Source: Squalus acanthias (Eukaryota). Taken from it: a stretch of DNA of 64,000 nucleotides. Both the position numbers and the translations under genes were made by a program. Shown here piece by piece: positions 20,411-31,834 of this stretch. The stretch spans positions 105,526,001 through 105,590,000 of the forward strand of contig CM059432.1 of the NCBI GenBank assembly GCA_030390025.1. Reading direction: 5' to 3'. Under the pieces are notes generated by a model. It was not told the DNA's origin, made no database searches, and saw nothing but the letters and a program-made list of their open reading frames with translations. How positions within the stretch are numbered: position 1 is the stretch's first letter; every line of letters begins with the position of its first letter.

Positions 20411-23236
20411 TCAGTACCCTGTACCTGCCTTCTCCCCATATCCCTTGATACCTTTAGCTTTAAGAAATATATCTAACTCATTCTTGAATATATTTAATGA
20501 CTTGGCCTCAACTACCTTCTGTGGTAGAGAATTCCACAGGTTCACCACTCTCTGGGTGAAGAAATTCTTCCTCATTTCTGTCCTAAATGGCTTACCCCTT
20601 ATCCTTAGATTATGACCCCTGGTTCTGGACTCTCCGACCTTCGGGAACATTCTTCCTGCATCTAGTTTGTCCAGACCTGTCAGAATTTTATATGTTTCGA
20701 TGAGATCCCCTCTCATTCTTCTATACTCCAGCGAGTATAAGCCCAATCGACCCAATCTCTCCTCATATGTCATTCCTGCCATCCCAGGTATCAGCCTTGT
20801 GAATCTTCGCTGAACTCCTTCCATGGCAAGAACATCCTTCCTCAGATAAGGCGACCAAAACTGCACACAGTACTCAAGGTGTGGTCTCACCAAGGCCCTG
20901 TACAACTGCAGCAGGACATCCCTGTTCCTATACTCAAACCCTTTCACTATGAAGGCCAACATACCATTTGCCTTCTTCACCGCCTGCTGCACCTGCATGC
21001 TTACTTTCAGCGACTGGTGCACAAGGACACCCAGGTCTCGTTGCACTTCCCCTTCTCCCAATCTATTGCCATTCAGATAATAGTCTGCCTTTCTGTTTTT
21101 GACACCAAAGTGGATAACCTCACATTTATCCACGTTATATTGCATCTGCCACGCTTCTGCCCACTCACCCAACCTGTCCAAATCGTCCTGGAGTTTCTCG
21201 CTATCCTCCTCGCAGCACACACTCCCACCCAGCTTTGTGTCATCTGCAAACTTGGAGATATTACGTTTAGTTCCCTTATCTAGATCATTAATGTATATTG
21301 TGAATAGCTGGGGTCCAAGGACCGATCCCTGCGGTACCCCACTAGTCACTGCTTGCCACTCGGAAAAAGACCCATTAATTCCTACTCTCTGCTTTCTGTC
21401 CGCCAACCAGTTCTCTATCCAAGTCAATACCTTGCCCCCAATCCCATGTGCCTTAACTTTACACGCTAATCTCTTATGCGGGACCTTATCGAAAGCCTTT
21501 TGAAAGTCCAAATACACCACATCTACTGGTTCTCCCTTATCTATTTTCCCAGTTACATCCTCAAAAAATTCCAGTAGATTAGTCAAGCACGATTTACCTT
21601 TTGTAAATCCATATTGAATTTGTCCGATCCTGTCACTGTTTTTCAAGTGCTCAGCTATTACATCCTTTATAATGGACTCTAGCATTTTCCCCACTACCGA
21701 TGTCAGGCTTACTGGTCTGTAATTCCCCGCTTTCTCTCTACCACCCTTTTTGAATAGTGGGGTAACATTAGCTACCCTCCAATCCATGGGTACAGTTCCA
21801 GATTCCATCGAGTGTTGGAAGATGATCAGCAATGCATCTACTATTTCTAGGGCCACTTCCTTAAGTACCCTAGGATGTAGATTATCAGGCCCTGGGGATT
21901 TATCGGCCTTCAATCCCGTCAATTTCCCTAACACCATTTCCCTGCAAATACTGATTTCTTTCAGTTCCTCCCTTTCATCAGACCGTATGTTCTCCAACAT
22001 CTCTGGGAGGTTATTTGTGTCCTCCTTTGTGAAGACAGAACCAAAATATGCATTTAATTGTTCTGCCATTTCTTTGTTCCCCATTACAACTTTCCCCGCT
22101 TCTGACTGCAAGGGACCTACACTTGATTTCACTAATCTTTTTCTCTTCACATATCTATAAAAGCTCTTACAGTCAGTTTTCATGTTCCCAGCAAGCTTAC
22201 TTTCATATTCTATTTTCCCCTTCTTAATTAATCCCTTTGTCCTCCTTTGTTGAATCCTAAACTGCTCCCAATCCTCAGGGCTACCACTTTTTCTGGCCAA
22301 TTTATATGCCCTCTCCTTGGATCTTATGCTATCCCTAATTTCCCTTGTTAGCCACGGTTGAGTCACCCTTTTTGTTTTATTCTTATGCCACACTGGGATG
22401 AACAAATTCTGTAGTTCATCCATGCAGTCTTTGAATGTTTGCCATTGCCTATCCACCGTCAACCCTTTGAGTGACATTCCCCAATCAATCCTACCCAATT
22501 TGCGCCTCATACCATCGTAGTTTCCTTTATTTAAATTCAGGACCCTAGTCTCTGATTCAACTACTTCACTCTCCATCCTAATGAAGAATTCTATCATATT
22601 ATGATCACTCTGACCCAAGGGGCCTCGTACAACAAGATTGCTAATTAATCCTTTCTCATTACATAATACCCAGTCTAAGATGGCCTGATCTCTGGTTGGT
22701 TCCTCGACATATTGTTCCAGAAAACCATCCCGTAAACATTCTAGGAATTCCTCCTCCACAGTATTTTTACTAATTTGGTTAGCCCAATCCATATGTAAAT
22801 TAAAGTCACCCATGATGACTGCTGTGCCCTTACTGCATGCTTCTCTAATTTCCCTTTTAATCCCATTCCCAACCTCCGTATTACTGTTTAGAGGTCTATA
22901 TACCACTCCCACTAATGTTTTCTGCCCCTTGTTATTTCTCAGTTCTACCCATACAGATTCCGCATCATCAGAGCTAATATCCTTCCTTTCAATTGTGTTA
23001 ATCCCCTCTTTAACCAGCAATGCTACCCCACCTCCCTTTCTTTCTTGCCTATCTTTCCTAAATATTGAATAACCCTGGATGTTGAGTTCCCAGCCTTGGG
23101 CACCCTGGAGCCATGTTTGTGTAATCCCAATCAAATCGTATTCATTTACCTCTATTTGCGCAGCTAATTCATCCACCTTGTTCCGAATGCTCCTTGCATT
23201 AAGACACAAAGGGGTAGAAATTAGGTCGCGCCCCAT
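20411..23236 (-). CDS. CR1 ORF2 (APE endonuclease and reverse transcriptase)
   Basis: 941 aa without stops: [39 protein letters not shown]. The first 9 residues come from the MITE; the native N-terminus lies at about 24104-24168. Confidence 0.9.
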   Translation of the reverse strand: MGRDLISTPLCLNARSIRNKVDELAAQIEVNEYDLIGITQTWLQGAQGWELNIQGYSIFRKDRQERKGGGVALLVKEGINTIERKDISSDDAESVWVELRNNKGQKTLVGVVYRPLNSNTEVGNGIKREIREACSKGTAVIMGDFNLHMDWANQISKNTVEEEFLECLRDGFLEQYVEEPTRDQAILDWVLCNEKGLISNLVVRGPLGQSDHNMIEFFIRMESEVVESETRVLNLNKGNYDGMRRKLGRIDWGMSLKGLTVDRQWQTFKDCMDELQNLFIPVWHKNKTKRVTQPWLTREIRDSIRSKERAYKLARKSGSPEDWEQFRIQQRRTKGLIKKGKIEYESKLAGNMKTDCKSFYRYVKRKRLVKSSVGPLQSEAGKVVMGNKEMAEQLNAYFGSVFTKEDTNNLPEMLENIRSDEREELKEISICREMVLGKLTGLKADKSPGPDNLHPRVLKEVALEIVDALLIIFQHSMESGTVPMDWRVANVTPLFKKGGREKAGNYRPVSLTSVVGKMLESIIKDVIAEHLKNSDRIGQIQYGFTKGKSCLTNLLEFFEDVTGKIDKGEPVDVVYLDFQKAFDKVPHKRLACKVKAHGIGGKVLTWIENWLADRKQRVGINGSFSEWQAVTSGVPQGSVLGPQLFTIYINDLDKGTKRNISKFADDTKLGGSVCCEEDSEKLQDDLDRLGEWAEAWQMQYNVDKCEVIHFGVKNRKADYYLNGNRLGEGEVQRDLGVLVHQSLKVSMQVQQAVKKANGMLAFIVKGFEYRNRDVLLQLYRALVRPHLEYCVQFWSPYLRKDVLAMEGVQRRFTRLIPGMAGMTYEERLGRLGLYSLEYRRMRGDLIETYKILTGLDKLDAGRMFPKVGESRTRGHNLRIRGKPFRTEMRKNFFTQRVVNLWNSLPQKVVEAKSLNIFKNELDIFLKAKGIKGYGEKAGTGY

Positions 23237-24103
23237 TTGGGGCGCAAATATCGTCCGGACGCAAATATTAGCGCCTGGCGCTAATTATCGGCACTGCCAG
23301 GAAACTTCACTTTTACCGCCCCGGGAGGTGAGTGGAGCGCTAAAGCAGGCGCTGCACACCTCTCTTAAGGTGCAAAGGCCGAGCAGTGAGGCGCTAACTC
23401 GGAGCGCTGGCGAAGCTCATGTAATGTCAGTCAGCAATGGAACACACACACAATGGCACGGGCCAGTTCTTAAAGGGGATGGTTAATCTTGCTTTCCATC
23501 CACATCCTGTTCATTGCTGCCTTGAAGCTCGGCCTGGAGAGACTTGCACATCAAATGTGCTGGAAAGAAGAATGGAGAGTACCATGCAAAGAGCTCAGAG
23601 TGCAGCTCCCACAGTCTCTGCTAAATCGATACAAGGAATGGCAAATCAAAATGAACCTGCAAAGTGCTGCTCAGTACCCAAAACTCCTTCACACAACGTT
23701 GAATCTCTCCAGAAGTCTCTCCCTCTCTCTCTCAGAATGCGTAGTTCAAAAATGCCACCAACAATAAAAGACAGGAAGAGGCCCCCTTTAAATAGCGCCC
23801 CCCCCAGCCCCACAGCGATTGATAGCGTTCCAGTCTTCTGGTCGTTGGATGCGCCAGGCGGTAAGGCAGGGGGCGCCACTCAATTTCCGTTACGGGGCGC
23901 CACAAGGGCGTTGCACCATGGAATGACGTCACAATCTGCGCGCGCAGGTGGTCGCAGCGGTAAGTTTTAGCGCCGCCGCACAATCTCAAGTTAAGTTCTC
24001 GAGCAGCGTAAACATCGCTGCGCCCGGGCGTTAGCGGCTTTGCGCCCCATTAGCGCCCTCTTAAGGCGCTAACGGGAGGCGCAACCAAGTGAATTTTTAC
24101 CCC
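23211..24103. mobile_element. ~0.9-kb Harbinger-type non-autonomous element, copy 2 (inverted relative to copy 1)
   Basis: TIRs GGGGTAGAAATT and AATTTTTACCCC, TSD AAA at 23208-23210 and 24104-24106. Confidence 0.88.
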
Positions 24104-24290
24104 AAAGCCTTCAGGCTTGTTTTTTTAACGTTCTCAGACCTATTTGAATTATTATTTACTGTGACCATGTTTGATTTAAACCATTGAGTTCTTTGCCTTC
24201 TACTTTTGTTTTTCTCCTTCCTGTCTTTTGCTTTTATCCTTGTTTCCCTTTCCTCTGTCTCCCTGCTCAGGTGCTCAACCCCCTGCCACT

Positions 24291-25241
24291 TTAGTTTAAA
24301 CCCTCCCCAACAGCACTAGCAAACACTCCCCCTAGGACATCGGTCCCGGCCCTGCCCAGGTGCAGACCGTCCCGTTTGTACTGGTCCCACCTCCCCCAGA
24401 ACCGGTTCCAATGTCCAAGGAATTTGAATCCCTCCCCCTTGCACCATTCCTCTAGCCACATATTCATTTGAAATATCCTCCTGTTTCTACTCTGACTAGC
24501 ACGTGGCACTGGTCGCAATCCTGAGATTACTACCTTTGAGGTCCTATTTTTTAATTTACCTCCTAACTCCCTATATTCTGCTTTTAGGACCTCATCCCAT
24601 TTTTTACCTATATCGTTGATGCCTATGTGCACCACGACAACTGGCTGTTTGCCCTCCCCCTCCAAAATGTTCTGTAGCCGCTCCAAGACGTCCTTGACCC
24701 TTGCACCAGGGAGGCAACACACCATCCTGGAGTCTCGTTTCCGGCCGCAGAAATGCCTATGAATTCCCCTTACAATTGAGTCCCCTATCACTATAGCTCT
24801 TCCACACTTTTTCCTCCCAGCCTGTGCATCAGAGCCACCCATGGTGCCAGGAAGGTGGCTGCTGCTGCCTTCTCCTGATAAGTCATCCCCCCCAACAGCA
24901 TCCAAAGTGTTATATCTGTTTGAGAGGGGGATGGCCACAGGGGACCCCTGCACTCCCTGCCTGCACCTCTTACTCTGCCTGGTGGTCACCCATTCACTTC
25001 CTGCCTGTACACCCTTTACCTGCGGTGTGACCAACTCGCTAAATGTGTTATCCACGACATTTTCAGCATCGCGAATGCTCCAATATGCATCCATCCGCAG
25101 CTCCAGCGCCGCAATGCGGTCCATCAGTACCTGCAGCTGGATACACTTCCCACACACATGGTCATCAGGGACACAGGAAGCATCCCTGATTTCCCACATA
25201 TAGCCGGAGGAGCATATCACGGGGCGGAGCTCTCCTGCCAT
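24291..25241 (-). CDS. CR1 ORF1 (Zn-finger/coiled coil and SGNH esterase)
   Basis: 316 aa: N-terminal C..MWE..CGKC, then IVIGDSIVRG, HIGINDI and DGLHL. Confidence 0.88.
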   Translation of the reverse strand: MAGELRPVICSSGYMWEIRDASCVPDDHVCGKCIQLQVLMDRIAALELRMDAYWSIRDAENVVDNTFSELVTPQVKGVQAGSEWVTTRQSKRCRQGVQGSPVAIPLSNRYNTLDAVGGDDLSGEGSSSHLPGTMGGSDAQAGRKKCGRAIVIGDSIVRGIHRHFCGRKRDSRMVCCLPGARVKDVLERLQNILEGEGKQPVVVVHIGINDIGKKWDEVLKAEYRELGGKLKNRTSKVVISGLRPVPRASQSRNRRIFQMNMWLEEWCKGEGFKFLGHWNRFWGRWDQYKRDGLHLGRAGTDVLGGVFASAVGEGLN

Positions 25242-26735
25242 GACTTACCCTTTAATTAATTAATTAAAATTAAATTAAATGAATCCCACCAATTTCACTT
25301 CAATTAAATGATATACTCAAGGGCCCTTGTTTAACAGCAGTCCCCGCTACACCACAGAGACGCTAGAAACTATAAACTACAGAATTTAAGTATGGAAAAA
25401 AGGAGAAAGAGAGAAATACTCACCAACCAATCACTTACCTGCTTTCTGGTGACATCACACTTCGATTACTTTTTACTTCTGTCTCCCGCTCTGAGATTGG
25501 TTAACCTACCTGCTCCTCGGGCTCGCTTTTATCCTCTGCCGTCGCCGCTCCTCCTAGGTCCGCGCCGCCGCTGCTGTGGGCCTACCTGCTCCCAGTTGGT
25601 TTATGGGTTAATTTTCAACCTTCAATTTTCATAAACCATTTGAACCATCAAGCTAATTTCTTTCCCAGTTTACCTTTTTGCACTGGAATAAGCTAACAAA
25701 GAAGGCCATGAAAGCAGACCATATAATTGCATTCAATAGACAATTGGAGTGTTGTTAGAGAAATAAAGTATTGAGGGATATAATGAAATGGTGGCAGGTG
25801 GGCTTTTCCTGTTCCTAAAAAAATCATAAGCTCAATATTTTTTGTGACTCCCCTTTGAAATCAAACTAAAAATATAGCTTTCTGAATTATTGTTCTGACT
25901 TTCAATGGGCGACCATTTTCACTGGGGAAAGAAGTCTTTTCTGATCTCAGTGACTTAAATATTGTATTTTTTCTGGAAATCTGTAAAACATCTTTCTGAC
26001 ATTATACACAGTGCATTAAGTTAAGCACACACATACAGTAAAACTTTAGGGGTAGAACTTCCATACAGTTCTCCCGACCGCCTGCTGTTAACTTCAGAAA
26101 GACATAAACAGCCATTTGCACTGTTTCTCCAGTGTTGTCGCCAAAATTATGATCAAGATTGGAAGATGCCCCACGGAAATTCAAGGCAATAATATCAAAG
26201 TTCAGGGTGTTTGTTGTCATATTTTGAAAAACACTTTGAACTAGTAAACAAAAGTGCTTGAAAATAAATATTTCAAACTATGGCGGTCTGCACAGAGCGG
26301 GATTAAATGGAGTGGACTTGAACAGAGTGTTTTATTTGGGAATTTGGAAAGAGTGGGAATTTGGAGAAGAGGGAGAAGGAGTTGCTGCTTTTTGCCTACT
26401 TGTAGTGCTTTGTGTTACAGGTAGATATTTAATTTCAGTACCCTTAACTTAATCTAGATCAAGTAAGTAGTCAAGAAACTACACTGTAAACTAAGTTACC
26501 TAAATACAAATTTAATAAAAGTTTAATTAAATAAAACAAGGTCATATAGGGATGGCAGTGCAGGTGGTGTGCCGCAACTGCAGTATGTGGGAGTTTGTGG
26601 AGAGCATTGTGATCCCGGACAACCATGTTTGCAGTAAGTGCCTGCATCTTGAGGAACTTCAGCTCAGAGTTTTTGAGCTGGAGTCTGAGATGCAGACATT
26701 GCGGAGCATCAAGGATGGGGAGAGTTACCAGGACA

Positions 26736-28114
26736 ATCTTAGTAACTATAGGCCAGTCAGTTTAACATCAGTGCTGGGTAAAGTTTTAGAAACAATAATC
26801 AAGGAAAAAATTAACAGGCACTTGGAGAGGTTTAAGCTAATTAAGGAGAGCCAGCACGGATTTGTAAAAGGCAGAACGTGCTTGACGAATCTAATTGAAT
26901 TTTTTGATGAAGTAACAGGGAGGATTGATGAAGGGAATGCAATGGATGTTGTCTACATGGATTTTAGGAAGGTGTTTGACAAAGTACCACATAGAAAGCT
27001 GGTTAACAAAATTGAGGCTCATGGAATAGGTGAGTCAGTGGCAGCTTGGATAAGGAATTGGCTTAAGGACAGAAAACAGCGAGTTGTGGTAAATGGCTGT
27101 TTTTCAGACTGGAGGATGGTAGACAGTGGTGTTCCCCAAGGGTCAGTGCTGGGGCCACTGCTTTTTTTGATATATATAAATGATCTGGATATTGGAATAC
27201 AGAGTAGAATTTCTAAATTTGCCAATGACAGCAAACTTGGGGGTGTGGCAAACAGCGATGATGATACTAATCGACTGCAACAGGACATAGAAAGGCTAGC
27301 AGAATGGGCAGACAAATGGCAGATGAAATTTAATACAGAGAAGTGTGAGGCGATGCATTTTGGCAGAAGGAATAGGGAGAGGCAATATACACTTAATGGC
27401 AGAGTTTTAAAGAGTGTGCAGGGACAGAGGGACCTGGGAGTTAATGTGCATAGGTCGCTGAAGGTGGCAGGACATATTGAGAGAGTGGTTAGCAAAGCAT
27501 ATGGGATCTTGAGCTTCATAAATAGAGGTATTGAGTACAAAAGTAGAGCGTGGTTAGGCCACAACTGGATTTTTGCGTCCAGTTCTGGTCACCACACTTT
27601 AGGAAGGATGTGAAGGCCCTTGAGAGGGTGCAGAAGAGATTTACCAGAATGGTTCCGGGGATGGGGGATCTTAGCTACAAGGACAGGTTGGAGAAGCTGG
27701 ATTTGTTTTCATTAGAGCAAAGGAGGTTGCGGGGTGATTTGATAGAGCTGTACAAGATTATGACGGTTTTGGATAGGCTAGATGGGGAAAGGCTGTTTCC
27801 ACTAGTTGATGGTACAAGGACTAGGGGACACCGATTTAAGGTTTTGAGCAAGAGATACAGGGGGGACGTGAGGATAAACTTTTTTATGCAGCGAGTGGTG
27901 AGGACCTGGAACTCACTGCCGACGGAAGTGGTGGAAGCGGACACACTCAATATTTTCAAGGGGAGACTGGATAGGCATTTGAAGGAAATAAACTTGCAGG
28001 GCTACGGTGATAGAGCGGGGGAATGGGACTGACTGGATTGCTCTACAGACAGCCGGCACGGACTCGATGGGCCAAATGGCCTCCTTCTGTGCCGTTATGA
28101 CTCTATGACTCTAT
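26736..28114 (+). mobile_element. 5'-truncated CR1 (RT to tail) inserted in ORF1 of the host CR1
   Basis: [23 protein letters not shown], (TCTATGAC)n tail, GACA duplicated at both junctions. Confidence 0.88.
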
Positions 28115-29763
28115 GACACTTTGATCCAGGAGGCAGTCACACCCCCTAGGTTAGGTAGTGGTACAGGTCTGGATAGTGGTCAGGGACAGGAGGGTGTGAC
28201 TGCAACTCAGGCAGGTAAGGGGACCCCAGGTGCAGTGCTGGAGGAGCCTCAGCCTTTGCCCTTGTCCAACAGGTATGAGGTTCTTGCTGCCTGTGTGGAT
28301 GAGGGAAAAGCCTGCAGGATGGATGAGCAAGCTGACCATGGCACCATGGTGCAGGAGGCTATTAAAGTGGGGGGAGTGAAAGGGAATGTAGTTATGGTAG
28401 GGAACAGTAAAGTCAGGGGGATAGATGCAGTTCTTTGCAACCGCGACCGAGAGTTCCGAAGATTGTGTGAAAGACATGTCCTCGCGGCTGGAGAAGAACT
28501 TGGAGTGGGAGGGGGAGGATCCAGTTGTTGTGGTCCACGTAGGAACCAACGACATAGGTAGAACTAGGAATGAGGTTCTGCTGAGGGAGTATCAAAGGTA
28601 ATAATCTCTGGATTGTTACATGAGCCACGCGCAAATTGGCATAGGGACAAACAGATTAGAGGTTTAAATGCGTGGCTCAAAGAGTGGTGTGCGAGGAAGG
28701 GGTTTCAGTTCATGGGGCACTGGCACCAGTACTGGGGAAAGAGGCAGCTGTTCCGTTGGGACGGGCTCCACTTAAACCGGGCTGGGACCAGTGTCTTGGC
28801 GAACCGAATAACTAGGGCAGTAGACAGGGCTTTAAACTAATGAAGTGGTGGCGGGGGAGGATTCAGGAAAGAGTAAATTTAAAAGCAGCGAGAGAAATGT
28901 CAAGGCTCTAGAGCAGAGAAGTGTTTTGGGTAAAAATAAGCAGAATGGGTCAGGAAGGACAGAGAGAGTAACAAAGGTAATAAGGCATCAGTAACTAGGG
29001 TGACATCAAGGAAAAATAGAAATAAGTCAAAGCTAAAGGCACTATATCTGAATGCGCGAAGCATTCGTAACAAAATAGATGAATTAATAGCGCAGATAGA
29101 AATGAACAGATTTGATCTAATAGCCATAACGGAGACATGGTTGTAAAGTGGCCAAGGTTGGGATACTTAACTTTTAGAAGAGATAGGCAAAATGGAAAAG
29201 GAGGAGCGTTAGCCCTGATAATAAAGGATGGGATAAAGACAGTAGAGAGAAAGGATCTTAGCTCCGAAAATCAAGAAGTAGAATCAGTTTGAGTGGAGCT
29301 CAGAAACAGTAAGGGGCAGAAAACATTGATGGGAGTAGTTTACAGGCTCCCAAACAATAGTTGTAATGTAGGACAGAGTATAAATCAGGAAATTAGAGGT
29401 GCATGTAACAAGGGTAATACAGTAATCATGGGGGACTTTAATCTACAAATAGACTGGGCAAACCAAATTTGCAGTAATAGTGTGGAGGACGAATTCATGG
29501 AATGTATGCAAGATAGTTTTCTAGATCAGTATGTTGAGGAACCAACTAGGGAACAGGCTATTTTAGATCTAGTATTGTGCAATGAGAAAGGGTTAATTAA
29601 TAACCTTGCAGTAAAGGGGCCTTTAGGGAAGAGTGACCATTATATTGAGTTTGAAAGTGATTTAGTTAAATCCGAAACTAGGGTCTTAAATCTAAACAAA
29701 GCAAACTACGTAGGTATGAGGGGCGAGTTGGCTAAGGTAGATTGGGAAACGACATTAAAAGGT

Positions 29764-31147
29764 CATAGAGTCATAGGGGGAAAAATTCAGTCGCGCCCCG
29801 TTTGGGGCGCAAATATCGTCCGGGCGCAAAAATTAGCGCCTGGCGCTAATTATCGCCACTGACTGGAAACTTCACTTTTATCGACCCCTGAGGTGATTGG
29901 AGCGCTAAATCAGGCGCTTCACACCTGTCTTAAGGCGCAAAGGCCGAGGAGCGAGGCGCTAACTCAGAGCGCTGGCGAAGCTCATGTGATGTTAGTCAGC
30001 AATGGAACACACACTCAATGGCACCGGCCAGTTCTTAAAGGGGATGGTTGATCTTGCTTTCCATCCACATCCTGCTCATTGCAGCCTTGAATCCCGGCCT
30101 GGAGAGACCTGCACATCAAATCTGCTGGAAAGAACAATGGAGAGTACCAGGGAAAGAGCTTAGAGTGCAGCCCCAACAGTCTCTTCTAAATCGATACAAG
30201 GAATGGCAAATCAAAATGAACCTGCAGAGTGCTGCTCAGTACCCAAAACTCCTTCACACAACGTTGAATCTCTCCAGATGTCTCTCTCTCTCTCTCAGAA
30301 TGCGTAGTTCAAAAATGGCACCAACAATAAAAGGCAGGAAGCGGTCACCTTTAAATAGCGTTCCCCCAGTCCCTTCATGACTGCAGAACGCTCCCCTCAA
30401 CCTGTCGTTGCTAGCGTCAGGCGGTAAGGCAGGGGGCGCCACTCAATATCAGCTCCGGGGCGATACCGGAGCGTTGCACACTCGACTGACGTCACGATCT
30501 GCCGGCGCAGGAGATCGTGGCGGTAGTGTTTAGCGCCGCCGCAAAATGTCTAGTTAAGTTCGCGAGCGGCGCAAACATCGCTGCGCCCGGGCGCTAGCTG
30601 CTTTGCGCCCCATTAGCGCCCTCTTAAGGCGCTAACGGGAGGCGCAACCAACTGAATTTTTCCCCCATAGAGTTATACAGCACAGAAAGAGGCCCTTCGG
30701 CCCATTGTGTCTGCGCCGGCCATCAAGCCCTGTCTATTCTAATCCCATTTTCCAGCACTTGGTCCGTAGCCTTGTATGCTATGGCATTTCAAGTGCTCAT
30801 TTAAATGCTTCTTGAATGTTGTGAGGGTTCATGCCTTTACCACCCTTTCAGGCAGTGAGTTCCAGATTCCAACCACCCTCTGGGTGGAAAAAGTTTTTCC
30901 TCAAATCCCCTCTAAACCCCCTGCCCCTTACCTTGAAATTATGTCCCCTGGTTATTGACCCCTCTACTAAGGGGAAAAGTTCCTTTCTATCTACCCTATC
31001 TATGCCCCTCATAATTTTGTACACCTCAATCAGGTCCCCCCTCAGCCTTCTCTGCTCTAAGGAAAACAACCCCAGCCTGTCCAGTCTCTCTTCATAGCTG
31101 AAACGCTCCAGCCCAGGTAACATCCTGGTGAATCTTCTCTGCACCCT
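29764..31147 (-). mobile_element. 5'-truncated CR1 3' end, with MITE copy 3 in its tail
   Basis: RVQRRFTRMLPGLE..LFSLEQRRLRGDLIEVYK on minus. AGGT duplicated at 29760-29763 and 31148-31151. Confidence 0.85.
29776..30666. mobile_element. ~0.9-kb Harbinger-type non-autonomous element, copy 3
   Basis: Perfect TIRs GGGGGAAAAATTCAGT and ACTGAATTTTTCCCCC, TSD ATA. Confidence 0.9.
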
Positions 31148-31834
31148 AGGTACGACGGTAGACAAGCAATGGCTAGCATTTAAAGAATTAATACATAATT
31201 TACAACAAATATACATTCCTTTAAGGCACAGAAACCCCACAGGAAAAGTGATTCAACCGTGGCTAACAAGAGAAGTTAAAGATAGTATTAGATCAAAGGA
31301 AGAGGCTTATAATGCTGCCAAAAGAGTAGTAAGCCTGAGGATTGGGAGGATTTTAGAATTCAGCAAAGGAGGACCAAGAAATTGCTAAAGAAAGGGAAAA
31401 TAGAATATGAGAGTAAACTAGCAAGAGACATAAAAACAGACTCTAAAATCTTCTATAGGTATGTAAAAAGGAAAAGATTAGCAAAACTAAATGTGGATCC
31501 CTTATAAGCTGAGACAGGAGAAATTATAATGGGAATAAGGAAATGGCACAGAAATTAAACAAATATTTTGGCCGCGATTTTCCCAGCAGAGGCGGGTTGG
31601 AGTCGGGTTGACTGGTCGGTGGTTTCTGGTCCCGCTACCAGCTTCAGCCACTCCAAAATAATGATTTTAATATAACTGGGCTTATTAAGCCCGCCATGCG
31701 TGCTACCCGACCCAATGGGTTTGGGTGTGCTGCTCGCCTCTGCTGATGTCTTCCATTCAGGAGATTTTAAGGGGCCCATGTAGCCTTTGCATTTCATTTC
31801 CTTTATGCTGCTCCTATAAACGGGTCTTTTGAAC

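Larger units (their letters stand above)
20309..25600 (-). mobile_element. Near full-length CR1 LINE (5' UTR, ORF1, ORF2, (TTTCTATG)n tail), interrupted by MITE copy 2
   Basis: Tail repeats at about 20309-20335, ORF2 with APE and RT, ORF1 esterase. 5' end approximate. Confidence 0.93.

Noticed and set aside
20879..23072. Long antisense ORFs opposite CR1 ORF2s (also 27019-27564 and 37041-39180)
   Set aside because: Shadow frames of RT coding sequence with no independent signal.
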